Shown here: positions 25,301-40,300 of the stretch, piece by piece
Layout of the letters: each line of letters starts with the position of its first letter
Numbering within the stretch: the stretch's first letter is position 1
DNA from: Trichoplax sp. H2
Lineage: Eukaryota
Assembly: GCA_003344405.1 (NCBI GenBank)
Contig: NOWV01000136.1
Coordinates: 62,001-126,000, forward strand
Length of the DNA: 64,000 nt
Direction: 5' to 3'
The notes under the pieces: generated by a model
What the model saw: only the letters and a program-made list of their open reading frames with translations
Database searches by the model: none
What the model was told of the DNA's origin: nothing
Translations under genes and position numbers: made by a program

Positions 25301-28300
25301 TGGCCATTTTATTTCTCAACTGATGTAACATCAAATAAAGCTTTACCTCTCAACTCTTACTAGTTATACAGTTACTCCCGTCAAAGCAATATCGAAGAAT
25401 ATCCAGTAGGATTAACATCCTCATCATGGCATTACGATAGAGATCTTCAACAATCTCTGAATAACGATAGCATAAACTCTAATCTGTCTTCCTATCTAAT
25501 CCAAAACGACAAACCAGATAAATTCAACCACTATATCAATCTCAGTAGCCAATATTCTAGCCCTGCAGGATGGGCTATAACGATTGTTCGACGGATTACT
25601 CCTAATATCGTAGAGCAGCAAAAAAAATTGCCTCTGGTAAGTATCAAGATAGGATAAACAGGGTGCTAACTGTTGTATAGGCATGGCCTATTCTCACCAT
25701 TTATCGATTGAATAAGAATATTGACTCCTGCTAATTTCTTCTTCTACCGTAAAAATTAGGCTCGGTATTTCTGTCTTTGGTATTTAAATGTTCGATTAAT
25801 AAAGTCGTTAAAGAAGCATCAATATTCCATTGTAAAGAGGTTAGTCGTGGCGATAATAATAATCTAAGAACCACTGTTATCAATTTTTGGATAATCAGGA
25901 CGATTCCTCACGATCAATAAGATAGTGTATCATGATTCTTCATTTCCGATAATTTTTCGATTCACTGCTAGCAAGATTCTTTCATAAAGGAACTAAATAC
26001 AGCAGCATTCAATTAAGATTGATCTACTAAAGAATAAACTAGGCTTTAAACAGCATACCCCTCATAGTAATACATCTACATGTATTCAACTTAAAGTGAT
26101 TTAAAATTGAGTTAAATCATAATGTCGTCTTGCAGACAATATTCTGTGCTGATTTACCATAGCTGCCCCGTTCTTGAATATTACAAAATAGAGAAACGCT
26201 AAATATATTGAAATACCCATATTCCATTTATTAGCAACAATAACTATCGAATAAGTGTTTATTACAACTGCTACTTTTAGCTATTCGTTACCTAGTCAAA
26301 AGTAAGCTGAGCTTTCATAGTGCATAAGCAAGTATTCAGTATGAATGTCTCGTACACGTATTAAAGCTAAAGTTGTTAAAATTACCTTAAATATCTAGAC
26401 AGCATAAAAGTTATAAAAGGCAAACGTACTGAAATACCTCATAGTCATTTCTAAATTTCATATCTACACATATCGATATTGATAGAGTTAATCAACACTA
26501 TCGTCGCAATCTTTTGTCGAAATGCTTCCGTGCTTGGCGCTTAAGAAGGCCTGTTCAGGAATTATTAGCGGATAAACTAAGGAGAGTTCATCTATTAAAC
26601 CATGGATTTAATAGTTGGCATTGGTTAACAATGTGTGATAAAGAAAAACTAGATATTCATCATAGACATGTAGATAAACGAATCCTAGAAAAGTCTTGGC
26701 TAACGGTAATTCTTGAACTATACTCTTTGGATGATCTAATTATCCTTTATTTATCACAACTGTATATTTGCTTTGTAAGAAGGAAAATGCTATATTGAAT
26801 CATTTTCATCTCTATCTTAAACATTCAATAGTGGCAAAAGAGATATGCTGATCGTCGCTATACCATGATTCGGCAAGCATTTTCTTCCTGGCGACAGTTT
26901 GTCATTACATCAGCAAGGTAGCATTTCCATAACCAGCAATAGCTTTTCGTAAAAAAAAAGCTGAGCTAATCAACAGATGCTTTAGAAATAGTGATTATTA
27001 CTTTATAAGAAAGCTTTCCACAATTTGCCTGCATCTCATTTTTACAATAAACTTTATTTATTTCGATTGCATTAAATACAGAAGTAAGGTAGTTATTGAT
27101 CCTATTAAACTGAAACAAATTTTCTTGTCTTATTTCCAGGGCAACCATTTTAAAAAATAATTATAAAAGACAGGTACTCATTACGTCCTATAAGATATGG
27201 AAAGCAAAGTTTTCCCAAGGGCAAGCGTTGAAGATCTCTTCTTTACATTACAAGTAAGCTGAATAGACTGCTTGAGAATTGAGTGAAATAATGATTTTGT
27301 AGATAGTTAAAAAATTGTTTAATGGAATCAAAAATTAGCTGCAATCAAAATTTGTAGGTAGTCAAGTGGATACTCATAATAATACTTTAATATGTAGCTT
27401 AAAATTGGGCTCAACCGTTGCATAGAGATAGTTAAATAGATATTGTACTAATAGTTAAAAATACAGTTTTAAACTGAGCAATACTCATGATGTTAGAGAT
27501 AGCTGAGCAAATACTTGTACAAATATTTTAAATATAGCCTTAGGTTGGGCAATAACCTTGATGTTAGAGATGGTTAAAAATAAACTTGTATCGGCACTAA
27601 TAATTTAATATAATCCTTTAGATTCTGGTTGTAATATTGATATACTGTATATTTGAGTCGGAACTTATAATTTCAATAAGCTTCTTTAGAATTGACAGTG
27701 ATTGTGATATTAGAGACAGCTAAAATAAGATTTTAACCAACTTTTGTTAGAATTTATCTGTAATCATAATATTGGAAATAGCTAGAAGTATATTTGAGTC
27801 GCCACTAAACCTAATTTTTTGCTGTAATTTGGTTTATGTACGAATATAGTAGAGTATCTTATGACTTTTATCTGAAGCAATCTTTTAATAAAATTACAGC
27901 CAGTAATTATTATTTAAATTTAATTCTTTAAGGATAACCCTCTTATCGAAACATTGGAATGATTGGAGAACATTTATAATTAATGAAAGGATTAAGAAAC
28001 GCCAAAACGAAGTAGCTAGGTGAATATAAAATTCAATCTCGAAAGCTTACTTCCCTACATGTTCTACAGTCATGGTTTACAGACTGTGTGATTCTATTTC
28101 AGTCATTTATTAGTGCACAAAAATGTACTACATACTTATTGGAAATAGAATATTTTTCAAAGCTTTATATTATAAAATTATTAGAATATTTCGAGAAGAA
28201 AGTACTATAAAGAGAATATTTCCACTAATTAAGGAATCGTTTCAAAGGCATCAAAAGGCGAAAACTTATTACAAGTAAGATATTCGTTACATTAATTTTA

Positions 28301-31300
28301 CCTTAATAGGGTAATTTATTCGTCAACTAAATTTCCGGATTGCTTTCTTTAAAAAATTGAATGTAACTGGGATTATAGATAAAATCTACCCTCGTTTTTA
28401 CTAATACCTTAATGTCAGTAGCATTAAATTGCAAGTGTTTTAATACAGATATAAAATATAGTTTAAAGTCAAATTACAATTAGTTCTAAATCTTGTAGTC
28501 TTAGCAATTGGAGTTAAGAGAGAAAATGTAAATTGCACGCAGCAGTAGTAAACTAAAGTATTCACTTCTACGATCTCATTCAGTTGCTTCTTACTCCTAA
28601 TAAAATAAATCATATTCCAAAAGTAGACTACATAACTTAGTAAAATCTAATTTTTTCCGTTTAAAGATCTCCTTTAGTTACTTCGTACCTATAACAAAAG
28701 AAATCATACTCCCATTTCATGTATATCCAATATCTTAATATTGCAGTTGATTCGAATCAATAAACTATCAAATATTAATGATATTTATTTACGCTATATG
28801 TATGCTAGCGAAAGTCGGCAATAGAAAGACAGTCTATAAAACTTAAATTATTCTCTGCAGATACTGTCTATATCTTACAATCTAACCTAAACACTTCCTA
28901 ATCCCAATATCAAAATATTTTTGAATATCACTATGAAAGTTTCGCTAAGTAATCATTAGTATTACAAGTTATTAATTTCTAAGATCTATAACTATCCTCA
29001 ACAGATGCAAATCATTCAGTAAATATTTAAAGCAATGGCATGACTGGGCACAACATTCAAGGTAACCTATATAGACGATAGCATGCAGCTTAATTGATGT
29101 ATTACACTGTTACTAAATATCCAATTCGCAAATTAGCATAAACCGCAGCAATGTTATAAAATTGAAATATTTTTAAATGATTTACTTCAAATTAGGGCTT
29201 ACCACCTCCATCAAAATAGTACCGCTATGGAACACCGTAAAATTATTCTGGTTCAGTCCATGTTAAGCAGGTAATAAAATAGAGACATTGAAATGCATAT
29301 TTACCTTTACTATCCAGTATATATGCTGGTCAAAGTAACATCATCCATAAAAATTCTTATCCTTAATAAACGTAGATGGCAAGAGAAATTCAAGGATGCA
29401 ATGGCTGATAAAACTTGCCATACAAAATTAATGAAGTAAGAACTTATTAAAATTCTTAGTTATATTATGTATAAACACTGCAAACATAAGGTTATTTTAA
29501 TCTATACAAGAACAGAAGAAACGAAATTATCAGCATTATGAATGTACTAAAAATTGGTATCTTATAATCGTTTTACAATAATTTTAGGAAATATATAAAT
29601 GTATGGATTATTAAATACCACAGTAAACTACACCTCCATCAACTAGCAGAAAATAGGGGCAAAAAGGTATTAGCACTATCCTAATACGTAGAATTTATTT
29701 CAGCAATATTGCATTTGTTTTTGGATATTTCGATTGATCATCCAACAAGCAAACTTTCTCATATTTTCTTCTAATAGTGTCTGCAAAGAAGAATACTGCT
29801 AAAATGGAGAGAAAATGCTATCGAAATATGGACCGTTCGTCAAAAATTCATTCAACGTCTAAAATTAGTTCGCTTAAGAATGTACTTTTTACATTGGAAA
29901 CAAAATACAAGAGTCTCGGGCGATCTTAGGTACCCCATCATATTTTAAATTGTTCTAAATTGTCTTTTAACTTTTCATCTTGTCAAACTATCCTAATCAA
30001 CTTGAAATCTACTTCATGCTCGTTCATTTTAGGCAATGTCAGATAGCTGCTGTAACATCGATCGAACGTCTACAAATGATGTCCGCCTTAAGATTATGGA
30101 AACAAAAATTAGAAAATCGTTTACTACGTCAAGTTGTGAAACAGAAATTACGCCAAAGATTGATCAGGTAGAAAACTAGTGACGATATGATAGAAATATG
30201 CTTTTGCATAGAAATGTAGCTACGGTAGAGTAAAATAAAGTAAAAGTATAGAATTAATTGATCCTGAACGTTACTGGGCATTCTCTAGGAAAACTGCTAG
30301 TAAATGGTTGAAATTACTGGAAAGGAGAAAATTAAAGGATGAAGCAGAACACTTTCAATCCCATCGTCGCTATGTCATGCTACAAGGTATGCTGTAATCA
30401 TCATCATTCCCTTATTCAGATGGATATAATTTGATATCGGCAAATTATATATGTCCTATTGTTATTTATTTTTCTTACTTTAATATTTTTAGCTTCCTTT
30501 CATCGCTGGTGTGCAGCTTATGAACAGATTCGAATGCGAGAGCAGAGCATTCAACGAGGTCGCCTTATACTAAATCATCAACTTACTCGTAATATATTTA
30601 ATAAATGGAGGCTACAGCTGTATCGATCAAGACTGATTGCTCCATTATTAGCCAGAGTTCACCGAAAAATAGTCAACAAGTAGGTCTACTATTATGTAAC
30701 TAATCTATAGTGAAAGTTAGAAATATTTCATGGAATTGCAAGCTTATTATCCAATGATTATGATTTATTGATAATGAAATTCAGGATACCAAAATTATAC
30801 TAATTAAAGATTTTGCTAATTATCACTTATCAATTTATAATATATTTTTTATCCTAACAAATAAGTTGTAAAATCAGATATCATAGCACTTGTTTTTGCC
30901 ACTGATAACTTGATTATGCTTATTAATAATCATTGCTTATTATTCTTACAAAAATCGAAACAGAGCTTTCGATAGATGGTATTTATTTATTAAACAACGT
31001 CAACAACATCAAGATTTATACGATTTATATCAAAGACAAAAAAAAGAAAATATCTTTCATACATGGAAGTAAGAATGCTCCAGTTATTCATTACATTTAA
31101 CATTATATCAATGCACATTATCTGTTTTACAAAATATGATAACCTGTTATAGCTATTTTAACCTCTTACTTAATCGAACATTAGGGATAAATGCATTACG
31201 AAGCAGTTGTCTGATCAATTTCTTAATAAAGTACAATCGAAGAAATTACAAAATGTTTTCAATCGTTGGAAAGGTATAATTTACTTACTACTGATTAATC

Positions 31301-34300
31301 GATAATATGGAGTATTAGCTAATTAGATTTAACGATTAATTTTGATTCCTATCTAATGGGGGTAAAACTATTCTTATTTATTCTACATTAGAGATGTATT
31401 ATTCACATCAATATCCCAGTATTATGGATCGATATGGGCGAAATTTAAGAACGAAACGAATATTCCGACAGTGGAAATCTAAATTTGAAAATATTAATCA
31501 AGAACTAGAAGTAAAAATGGCGACATTGGTAATTGAAATTTAAGAAATTATTAATAGTCGAAAGCATTAATTTTTCCATGAATTGATGTTAGCAATTATT
31601 GCAATCTCATTTTTTATTAACGATCTCTTTTATTATATATTCTTAGGCTCGGGAAAAAGCATTACTAAGAAGTAGTTTTAAACTTTGGTTACTAAAATTC
31701 AATAAGAAATACAAAGATTGGGAAACGTTAAGTTCAAAATTTTACGCCTGGATTCGTTATTATAAACTCTATAAAATGGCTAAGTAAGGAGATTTTGACT
31801 GCACTACTTATATTCCGATAGTAATCTAATATTGTATACTGTATATACTAGTATTTTGAGTAAAATTAGACAATCTTACTCAAGCTAGCATAGCCTGCAT
31901 AAGATTTAAAATATATTAACTGTATTGTGCTATGTCTTTCCTCAGAATTCTATTTATTTAGATATCTTTGATGTTTTACTACCTACTATAGTATAGGAGA
32001 AAATGATAAATTTCTTTAATACTAAAGGTAGAAAGTAATTTTACTTAAAATAGACCTATGATATACCTACTGTACAGCAATTATAGGCAACTGACAGTGT
32101 TAATCTTAGTACATTTAAATTACTACTAGATAGTATAATGTAGATCTTGTGATGTCGATTATGTGCAAGCATATACTGTCCACGTACATACATATCCTAT
32201 AGTCACTATTCTCATAGATTAGGCGAATGGTAGTTTATATGAGTGCATTGGATGACGTAGTAGACACATAGGGGAAATAACACTATCTTTCTATTATCTA
32301 AGAGTAGAAAAGATTATGCGCTTGAAATAAATTATCCAATTTCCAATTGCCATTAATTTCAAATTATTTCTAATTTTTCAGCGGATACAAGGAAAATGCT
32401 AATCGTGAACATTTAAAGCGATATTTTAACCTATGGCACGATATTGCTACCAAAGTATTGGAATATAAAGAATTTCAATTACAAAACAATAATTTAACGA
32501 AACATCCAAAGTTACATCCCTTATATTTTACAAGTATTACTGATAGCCTGCAAATCTATCAACAAGTTAAAAAGTCCGCGATTAGGAAAGCTGATATATC
32601 TAATTTGTTGGATGAAAACATGAAACAAAGTTTTAAATCCATAAAAAATACTCCCACAAGATATATATTAAAACGCATGAGCCCCAAAACTGGCGCTATT
32701 AAATTCATGCCACCACCTTTTCATCGTTGCCAATCGGAAAATGAATTTTGCCTTCGTTCTAATTACGATAAGAAAAAAGAGCAAACACCTGACAGTATTG
32801 ATAATCCTTTGCTATCAGATCAAAATGATATTCCTAAGAGAAAAGCAACACGAGGCATGAGTTTACCAATCATTATTACAACTGAATATGAGGATGTTGC
32901 AGAATTATGGACAGATCGTGTTGATGATGATTATAGCGAGGTTCAAGCTCGAATGTATTTAAATCAAAGACAAAGTTTAGATATACCAACTTGGACAATT
33001 ACTCAAAGTTTAATGAGAACACATAGTATCGACAGTTGGCCATCTCAAAATAGCGATGGATCAGGTCTAAAGCACTCAGAGCATGAAACGAAAGATGGCA
33101 GCAGCGTTTGCACACATGCAGATGCTTATTCTGGCGATATTTCTAGCATTAGCTCCTCAAAGCCTGGCGGCCCGATTATTTATAGTGAAGGACTACATGA
33201 CAACGACTCCGATATCTTCATTAACCACCAAGCGAAAAGTAATAAGCAACAAACCCTGATCGATTCTTACCATCACGAAAATGCACAACGTGGTCAGCAA
33301 GATGAATCAGAAATTTCATCACAACAATCCGTTGAAACTGTTACCCCCAATAACAATCCAAATATCGATCAATTTGGATCCTATATTGATTATTTAACAG
33401 ATCGATCGCAATCCTTGTTTACTAATACGATGTTATCATCTTATAGTGACGAAAATGCACTTTCTGAAAGTACTTCGGAAATATCGCCAGATATACTTAT
33501 ACGAGCATATCGTAATGATACTACTGAGGGTGAGCATTTTAATTATATAGCTCAAATGACTGCTCGCTATTATTCAAAGAAGTCTAGCCAACATGATAGC
33601 AAAATGGATGAAGAAACCGGTAAAGGTTCTAGTATTGAAGGCACTAGTGAGAATAGCCCAATTGAAAGAGACCATGTATATGATATTAATCATTGGCCTG
33701 AATATCAAGATTATGGCAATGGCAGTAATATTCCTTATGCATCTAATCTGCATAATAGTCATCATGATGATAGTAGCCCTGAGTTTAAAAATGATCCTGA
33801 TATAAATAGCGAATATCAACTAGTGGATATGCATCTCAAGCGTGATAGTTTAGGTAGTGAAAGTTCCGGTATCCAGTTGGCTACAGAGGATCTTAATCAA
33901 AGATATTATGACCCACTTATAGGTTTACGCCATCGTGGGCGATCACTTTTAGAGTTAAAGAGTAATCCATCTTTATCTAGTTTAGTTACACCGACAAAAA
34001 AGAGATCATATACTGATTCAAAGCCATCGATAGATGATATCAAGAAAAAGATAGTTGCTGAAAGAAACATTAACGATATTCGTCGATTACAACTAAATGG
34101 ATTAAATCAACAGTCTCAACTTAGAAATCGCGGCACCATAAGGAAGCCAAATAAATTTAATTACATTCTCAAAAGGTACTGTAACCATACTATGAATTGC
34201 TCATGATATTCTTCTGCATTTACATCCTCATTGCTGAGAAATTGTACGTTTTCATTTTTATTCTTGTAATGAAGAATGATAACAAACGCCTGCTCTACAA

Positions 34301-37300
34301 ATTTCTTAAAATTTGTCAACGGAAAGTAGTAAATATGATTACCAGTAATTTTAACATACAAATAATACAAATATACAAATATATATTGCAGTGCTATAAG
34401 CACGTAGATCTATCATCTTAATATATATTCAATACCGACAATAATTACATAGACATATACTATACATTGCTATGGAATTACCAAGTATTTTACCTTCATT
34501 AATTTTGATTTGTATCGCATATTAGATCGGATTATTGCAAATAACTGATAATGTAATAACTTATGGATAGAAAGGTCTTGAAATGTAGAGTGGTTTAGTA
34601 TCACTCCTGCTTTGATGCCCTTTCGGCTTAGATATTTAGCTAGTTGTAGTAATAATAATTAGAAGCTTTAACCGAAAGATCTGTGGTTAATATTAGCTTC
34701 ATATCATGCTCTCCGTATCTTCTACTTTAAATTGTGCTTTAAATTTAGGATATTATATTTGATGATCTTAATTCAGATGGCTTTTCTGATAAATTTTCTT
34801 CTTCTTTATATTGCTTTCCGATCCTACAGTCACCCTATCAGCCAAGAAAAGAGAGAAAAAATTATTCAAGATACTTATCTGAAATGGCGCTCATTTATTG
34901 ATGTACAGAGTAAACGTCAAGAGATATTGAAGAAAATTATCAATGGAAACGATAATGATAGATTGGAAGAATTCTTTCTAAGATGGAAGGGAGCTTACAG
35001 AAAAAGCGTACAAGCTAGTAGATTACAAGTTAGTTGGCAAATTCTATTTATTAGCATGCAGCCAATTATTAATTATAGATTCAATATTATCAAAATATAG
35101 AAATCTCTGCTGATGGAAAGTGCATTAATGCAATTATATAAATATAAAGAATATCGAGCACATAAGAAAGACCGACAGGCGTTAGCGATGCAACTCCATC
35201 AACGCCTTCTCATACAACGATTCTTTATCCATTGGCTTGAAAGGGTATGTAAAATTGGGAAAAGAATTTATATCTCTAGAAGAACGGTAAAAAATGATCT
35301 TCGCTATAATCCGATTTTTATTATAACAGATACAAATTTTTTATTAAAAAAATCAATTGCTTATACATGTTTTCTTATTTAGACATCTAGCAAGCAAAAA
35401 TATGAAGATCAATTCCAGAAATTAGGATTAATAGTAGAAGGTATGTCTTATATGTTTGCTCCTTTAATTGCATAAAATAATTGTAATATGTAGATATGAT
35501 TTACTTCGTTGTTTCAATCGATTACGTAACCAATACTTGTTTTATTTGTATGGCGTAATTCTGTAGCTAAAGATAAGCAATTAGAAGATACCAGAAGAAA
35601 ATTTGTGCAAATCTGCCATAAAAGGAAATTAAGAATTTCGTTCAATATTTGGCTGAGTGCATCCAAACACCAACAATTTGCTCGTCAATTTTATGAAGAA
35701 AATTTATGTAAAAGGTAATAAGGATCAATATTAATTACGATACTAAAAGTCTTAAAATCTGTTTTAAAGTGTTGACATAAAATGTAGTAAATTTAAACAA
35801 AGAATTATGGGCTATTCCTGTAAGAAATTATTATCATATAAATCAATAACGGTCACTAGTCTAAATATCATATTCCAGCAACATTTTGTAACATAGACCC
35901 TAGTAAATTTAACTATTGATTTATGAACGATTTCGCATACTGCCGTATCGATCGGTAATAGTCTTTAATCTTAATACTACATTCTCACCTCGGCCTATAA
36001 AGAGAAGGAGAATCTACTAATATAACTATTGGCATATAAACTATTTCTAATACTATCATATCGATCAAATATATAATCTAAATACTGCATTCTATCCTTA
36101 TTTATAATTTGAAACTTAGTAAATTCAAATATTGGTTTACGAGCTTCCAGAAGAGTAAAGACAGAGAGAATTTATGCCATGACTTCATAGTACGAACTTG
36201 TCTAAGGAAAATTTTCAATCATTGGCGATTTAGCGCTAATTCTAAAGTGGATAGTCGCAATATGGAAGAGGTAAGATATAGAAATCTATACGTTAAATTG
36301 CAATAATCTTTACAGAAAGGTAAAATTAATATATAGCAAAATTTGGAATTCACTCTTTGACAACATAGAAATGAATCTTGGAATAAATTTATATCTGATT
36401 TAATGATTACGGCAGTATGATTGACACCGGATGCTTTATCTATTTTTTATTTTATAGGCGATAAATAAAAATAATATGATAAAAATCATGAAAATTTGGA
36501 GATGGTGGTCAGCAGGTACTATCACGCTTAGATATAGATTTTTAGTAACACGTCATTAAAATTTTGCGGATGGTAGTTACATTGATTATGTTTCTTTTGA
36601 AGCCCTTTATAATGTCTATCAGAATGCAATAATACTTATAACTATATTTTATCTATATATGAAATAAATAGAAAGTAAAAGGCAAAAGCAAATAGCCATG
36701 GAGTACTATAGCCATATACAAGGCTTGAAAAGAAAGAGATATTTTCAAAGATGGATTAATCAGTGGAATTACTCTATTCGAGCTAAACAACATTACAATA
36801 ACAACTTAGCTAAAAAGTATGTCCAATATATCTACTTTCTTATAATAACATCATCTACAATTAATTAAACGTTTTGTCATTCATTTTTCCAACATTTGAA
36901 TTAGTAGAGTATTAATTAATTGGCATCAAGTTACTCACAAGCGTGCCTTACTCAGGAAGCAAGAAGATCCATTGCGGAAACAAATTGTAAACCAGCTGGT
37001 AAGTATCCTTTGATAATTGTAAGTCATAGCATATAGCTATGACTACTGCCTATATATTTTATCTAATAAGTATTCCTATAGATCGTCGATCCAATACATA
37101 ATTCTAATACTTGCAATTACAATTTCAGTTAAAAAAGGCGCTGACTCTTTGGAAGAATGCTCATGAAACGGAAAAATTAGTCAAAAATAATTGCCATAAG
37201 AGAATAATGAAAGTAGCGTACGATGCTTTTATCGCATTGCGGATGCACGCATTGGAAATAAGAAAAAATCGATATTGTGAAAAAATGGTTATGAAAAAGG

Positions 37301-40300
37301 TAGAATAAGTTTCACAGATTAAAAATTAAATGTATCGGTGGTGTCTAGTTTCTGTAAATATTTTTATAAGGTTATCGGTATTATATATTTGACTGGATTT
37401 ACGGACTGACCACATATTAACTCGAAAATTCACTTTAGCTATATCTAAATGAGGCTATTAGAACTATGTAGCTTAGTGTTTACTTACGTTATAATGAACT
37501 AGTATGTAGCAATACAGAACTTTATACTTAATGTCGTATAACATTACGCGTGAGTGCAATATTAATAAATATAATTTGGCTTCTTGCATCTTCAGTACTA
37601 CGATATTTGGACACAAGAATATCAATCATTGAGGAAGGTTTGTACCTAACCCATAAATGATTATTTTTCTTACAAAAATCTATTACTTTACTTATATCTG
37701 ATAGTATATCTCTGGCTAACTTTTAAATTAATATACACAATTTTCTATGAAACCTACAGAGCAAAATTAGTCTACTGAGAGTCTATATACTAAGTTGGTA
37801 TAAGGCAGGCCGAGGTAAGGCTGCTTTAGTTCTATTAAACGTATCAAAATAGCATATAGCTGGATTTCAACATAAACGGCTATAATTTTATAAACTGATA
37901 CTCACTTTATTTATAATACAGATGTTAAAGACATGAACGCTGCCGCTAATGCATTTTCCACTTCATTGGATCGAAAATTGATGAAAGGAATATTTTATCG
38001 ATGGCGAACAATGTGGTTTAGTAAAAATAGGTGCAAGAAAATGATAACGAAAAGGTACAAGCATTATTTCAGTGTTTACACGTAGTTACCAAATGGAGGA
38101 TAAATAAAATTCTTCAAATCTCCTTGATTAAAATAAAGAGACTATTCTACTTGATTATGGGTTTTCTGCTATTAAATTAGCATGTGATATAATTGCAATC
38201 TTTAGAATCTTTCATGCTTGGAAATTGTACACTTCTGAAATTAAAACCAAGAAAATGAAAATAAATAGTCTTATTTGTAAAAGAAACCAATATCAGGTAA
38301 CTGTTTATGACTATATAACGTCTAATCAAAGCAAAGGTTAATATACTATTCATTCGTCATATAACACTCGTATTCTGGGATATTTATTACGACTTTACAG
38401 ATACAAGAAGCGTTCGTTGTGTGGAAAGATGCTCTAAAACAAGTAAATAAATGCAAATTGATTCTGGAAGACTTTTCAAAAAAGAAGGATTCCATAGCAT
38501 TGCGCAACACTTTGGTAAATTGGAGATTAGCAGTAATCTATCAGCGACTAGAAGTGGTGCAAATCCGTAGATGTCAAGCCAAAGTATGATATTGTTCTAC
38601 CTTCTTTTTGATTATATATGAAGTATGCAGTCGTAAAAATTGGTTAATATATTCTTACATAATGATTTTATCTTTCTATCGTAGCATTTTAAGTTATGGA
38701 TGAAGCGCTTCCGTGAAGAAAGATTGACAAGAAAGGGCCAAGAGGTACTTTTAACCTATGCAATAAGGCTGGACGAATACAAGTATTGCTTTGGATTTAT
38801 ATAGTAGCAATACTAAGAAATTCTACAATAAATCTTTATTCTAGGTTGTAAAGTATTCAAAGTTATCAACCATATTTTACAAGTGGCATCAATACGTCAT
38901 AAGTATGTAATGCTAATATGATCGATTGAGGCATCCTATTATCATATCGTTATAAGTAATAAGAATAATTACAGAATTGAATAAATTTAGTTTAGTTTAT
39001 TATAGCAGTAAAACAGAATAACGATCATACTGACTATTATATTTTTTAATGATAATGCAGAAGTGAAAACATGTCGAAATAAGAGTCAGAAATATAAAAT
39101 AGAACAAATTTCTCGCCAAGTTAAATTGACATTTTATTACTGGAATAAAACGACTAAAGCCAGCCAATCTGCAATAAAACATTATCAGCAACACTTGATG
39201 ATGAAGTAAGGCAATATGTACTATTTCTGGATCTAGCTCATCTATCTTAAAAGAATAGTGCCTTAATTAGAGTGAATCCTTAATAGACATTTTTTTAAGT
39301 AAAAGGATGAATTAGTCCTAACTATGAGGTATTTTTTTAAACATAGAATTTGGACTCCTTGGCTGGAGCATAGCGGCGCAAAGAAAGTAGAAAAGAGCAA
39401 CATTAAACAAATCCAGCAACAAATTGCAAATCGTAGGGTGCGTTTAGTTAACATTATATTAGAAATTCTCAAAGTACTACTTTAAATTAACAGATTAAAT
39501 CCCTCTATTATGTTACTATACGAAATTACGACTTTTGAAATTGCATGTCTAAACTACTTAATGAATATATGTCTGACCACGATGCTAGATTGCTAAAATT
39601 TTTAGGGTAGATAATACTGCATTAGATATTATTTTGGCCTATTCTAGTAAGTTAATTGTCGTTGCTATTTATCTGAAGTTTTTTAATATATTTGGATATG
39701 TTTCAAATTTTGCACTTATAGTTGAAGCAGCAATTTATGAAATGGAAAGAGCAATTTAAGATTGCTGTGAAAGCAAAGACTGCTGTAACAATGCTTAAAC
39801 AGAAACGTGAGGATAAGTTAAAGCAAATGGTAATTCATGAATTTAAAATAAACGCCTTGGAATGTCGAGCAGATCGATTTCATATAAAAAAAAAGTTAAT
39901 GATGGTAAGAAATATAGTATTTATATTTAGTTCTATCTTAGGCATCAGTATAACTTATTTACTCGTCAACTCTGTTATAAACAATACGGAAGCTGTGCAT
40001 TTCTTCCATCTTATAATTAATTTTTGCAGGTTTTCAATGTCATGAAAGTCCAAAGTAAGAAGTTACAAGAGAAATCTGCTAAGCTTGAGGTAATAAGCAT
40101 GTTAAATTAAATATGCGATCACTTATGCCATATAAGATAAAGATATTATGATAATCATACTAATTTAATTAATTCTACATGATGATCAAAACTTCTAGGC
40201 TTTATTAACGACTGCTTTAATGCAAAGCTATAGCAATTTAAGGTACAAGAATCTATTTAGTTGTTTTAAAATTATCATTTTATACAAGTTTAACTAATTT

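Noticed and set aside
33574..33819. Antisense and alternative-frame ORFs inside the large exon
   Set aside because: Shadow ORFs of the 582-aa frame with no protein-like features.
37003..37011. GTATCCTTT, a U12-type 5' splice-site match in the Sfi1-like gene
   Set aside because: A GTAAGT donor 4 nt upstream (36999) gives the correct phase-0 join to the next exon (LKKALTLW); the U12 position would frameshift.
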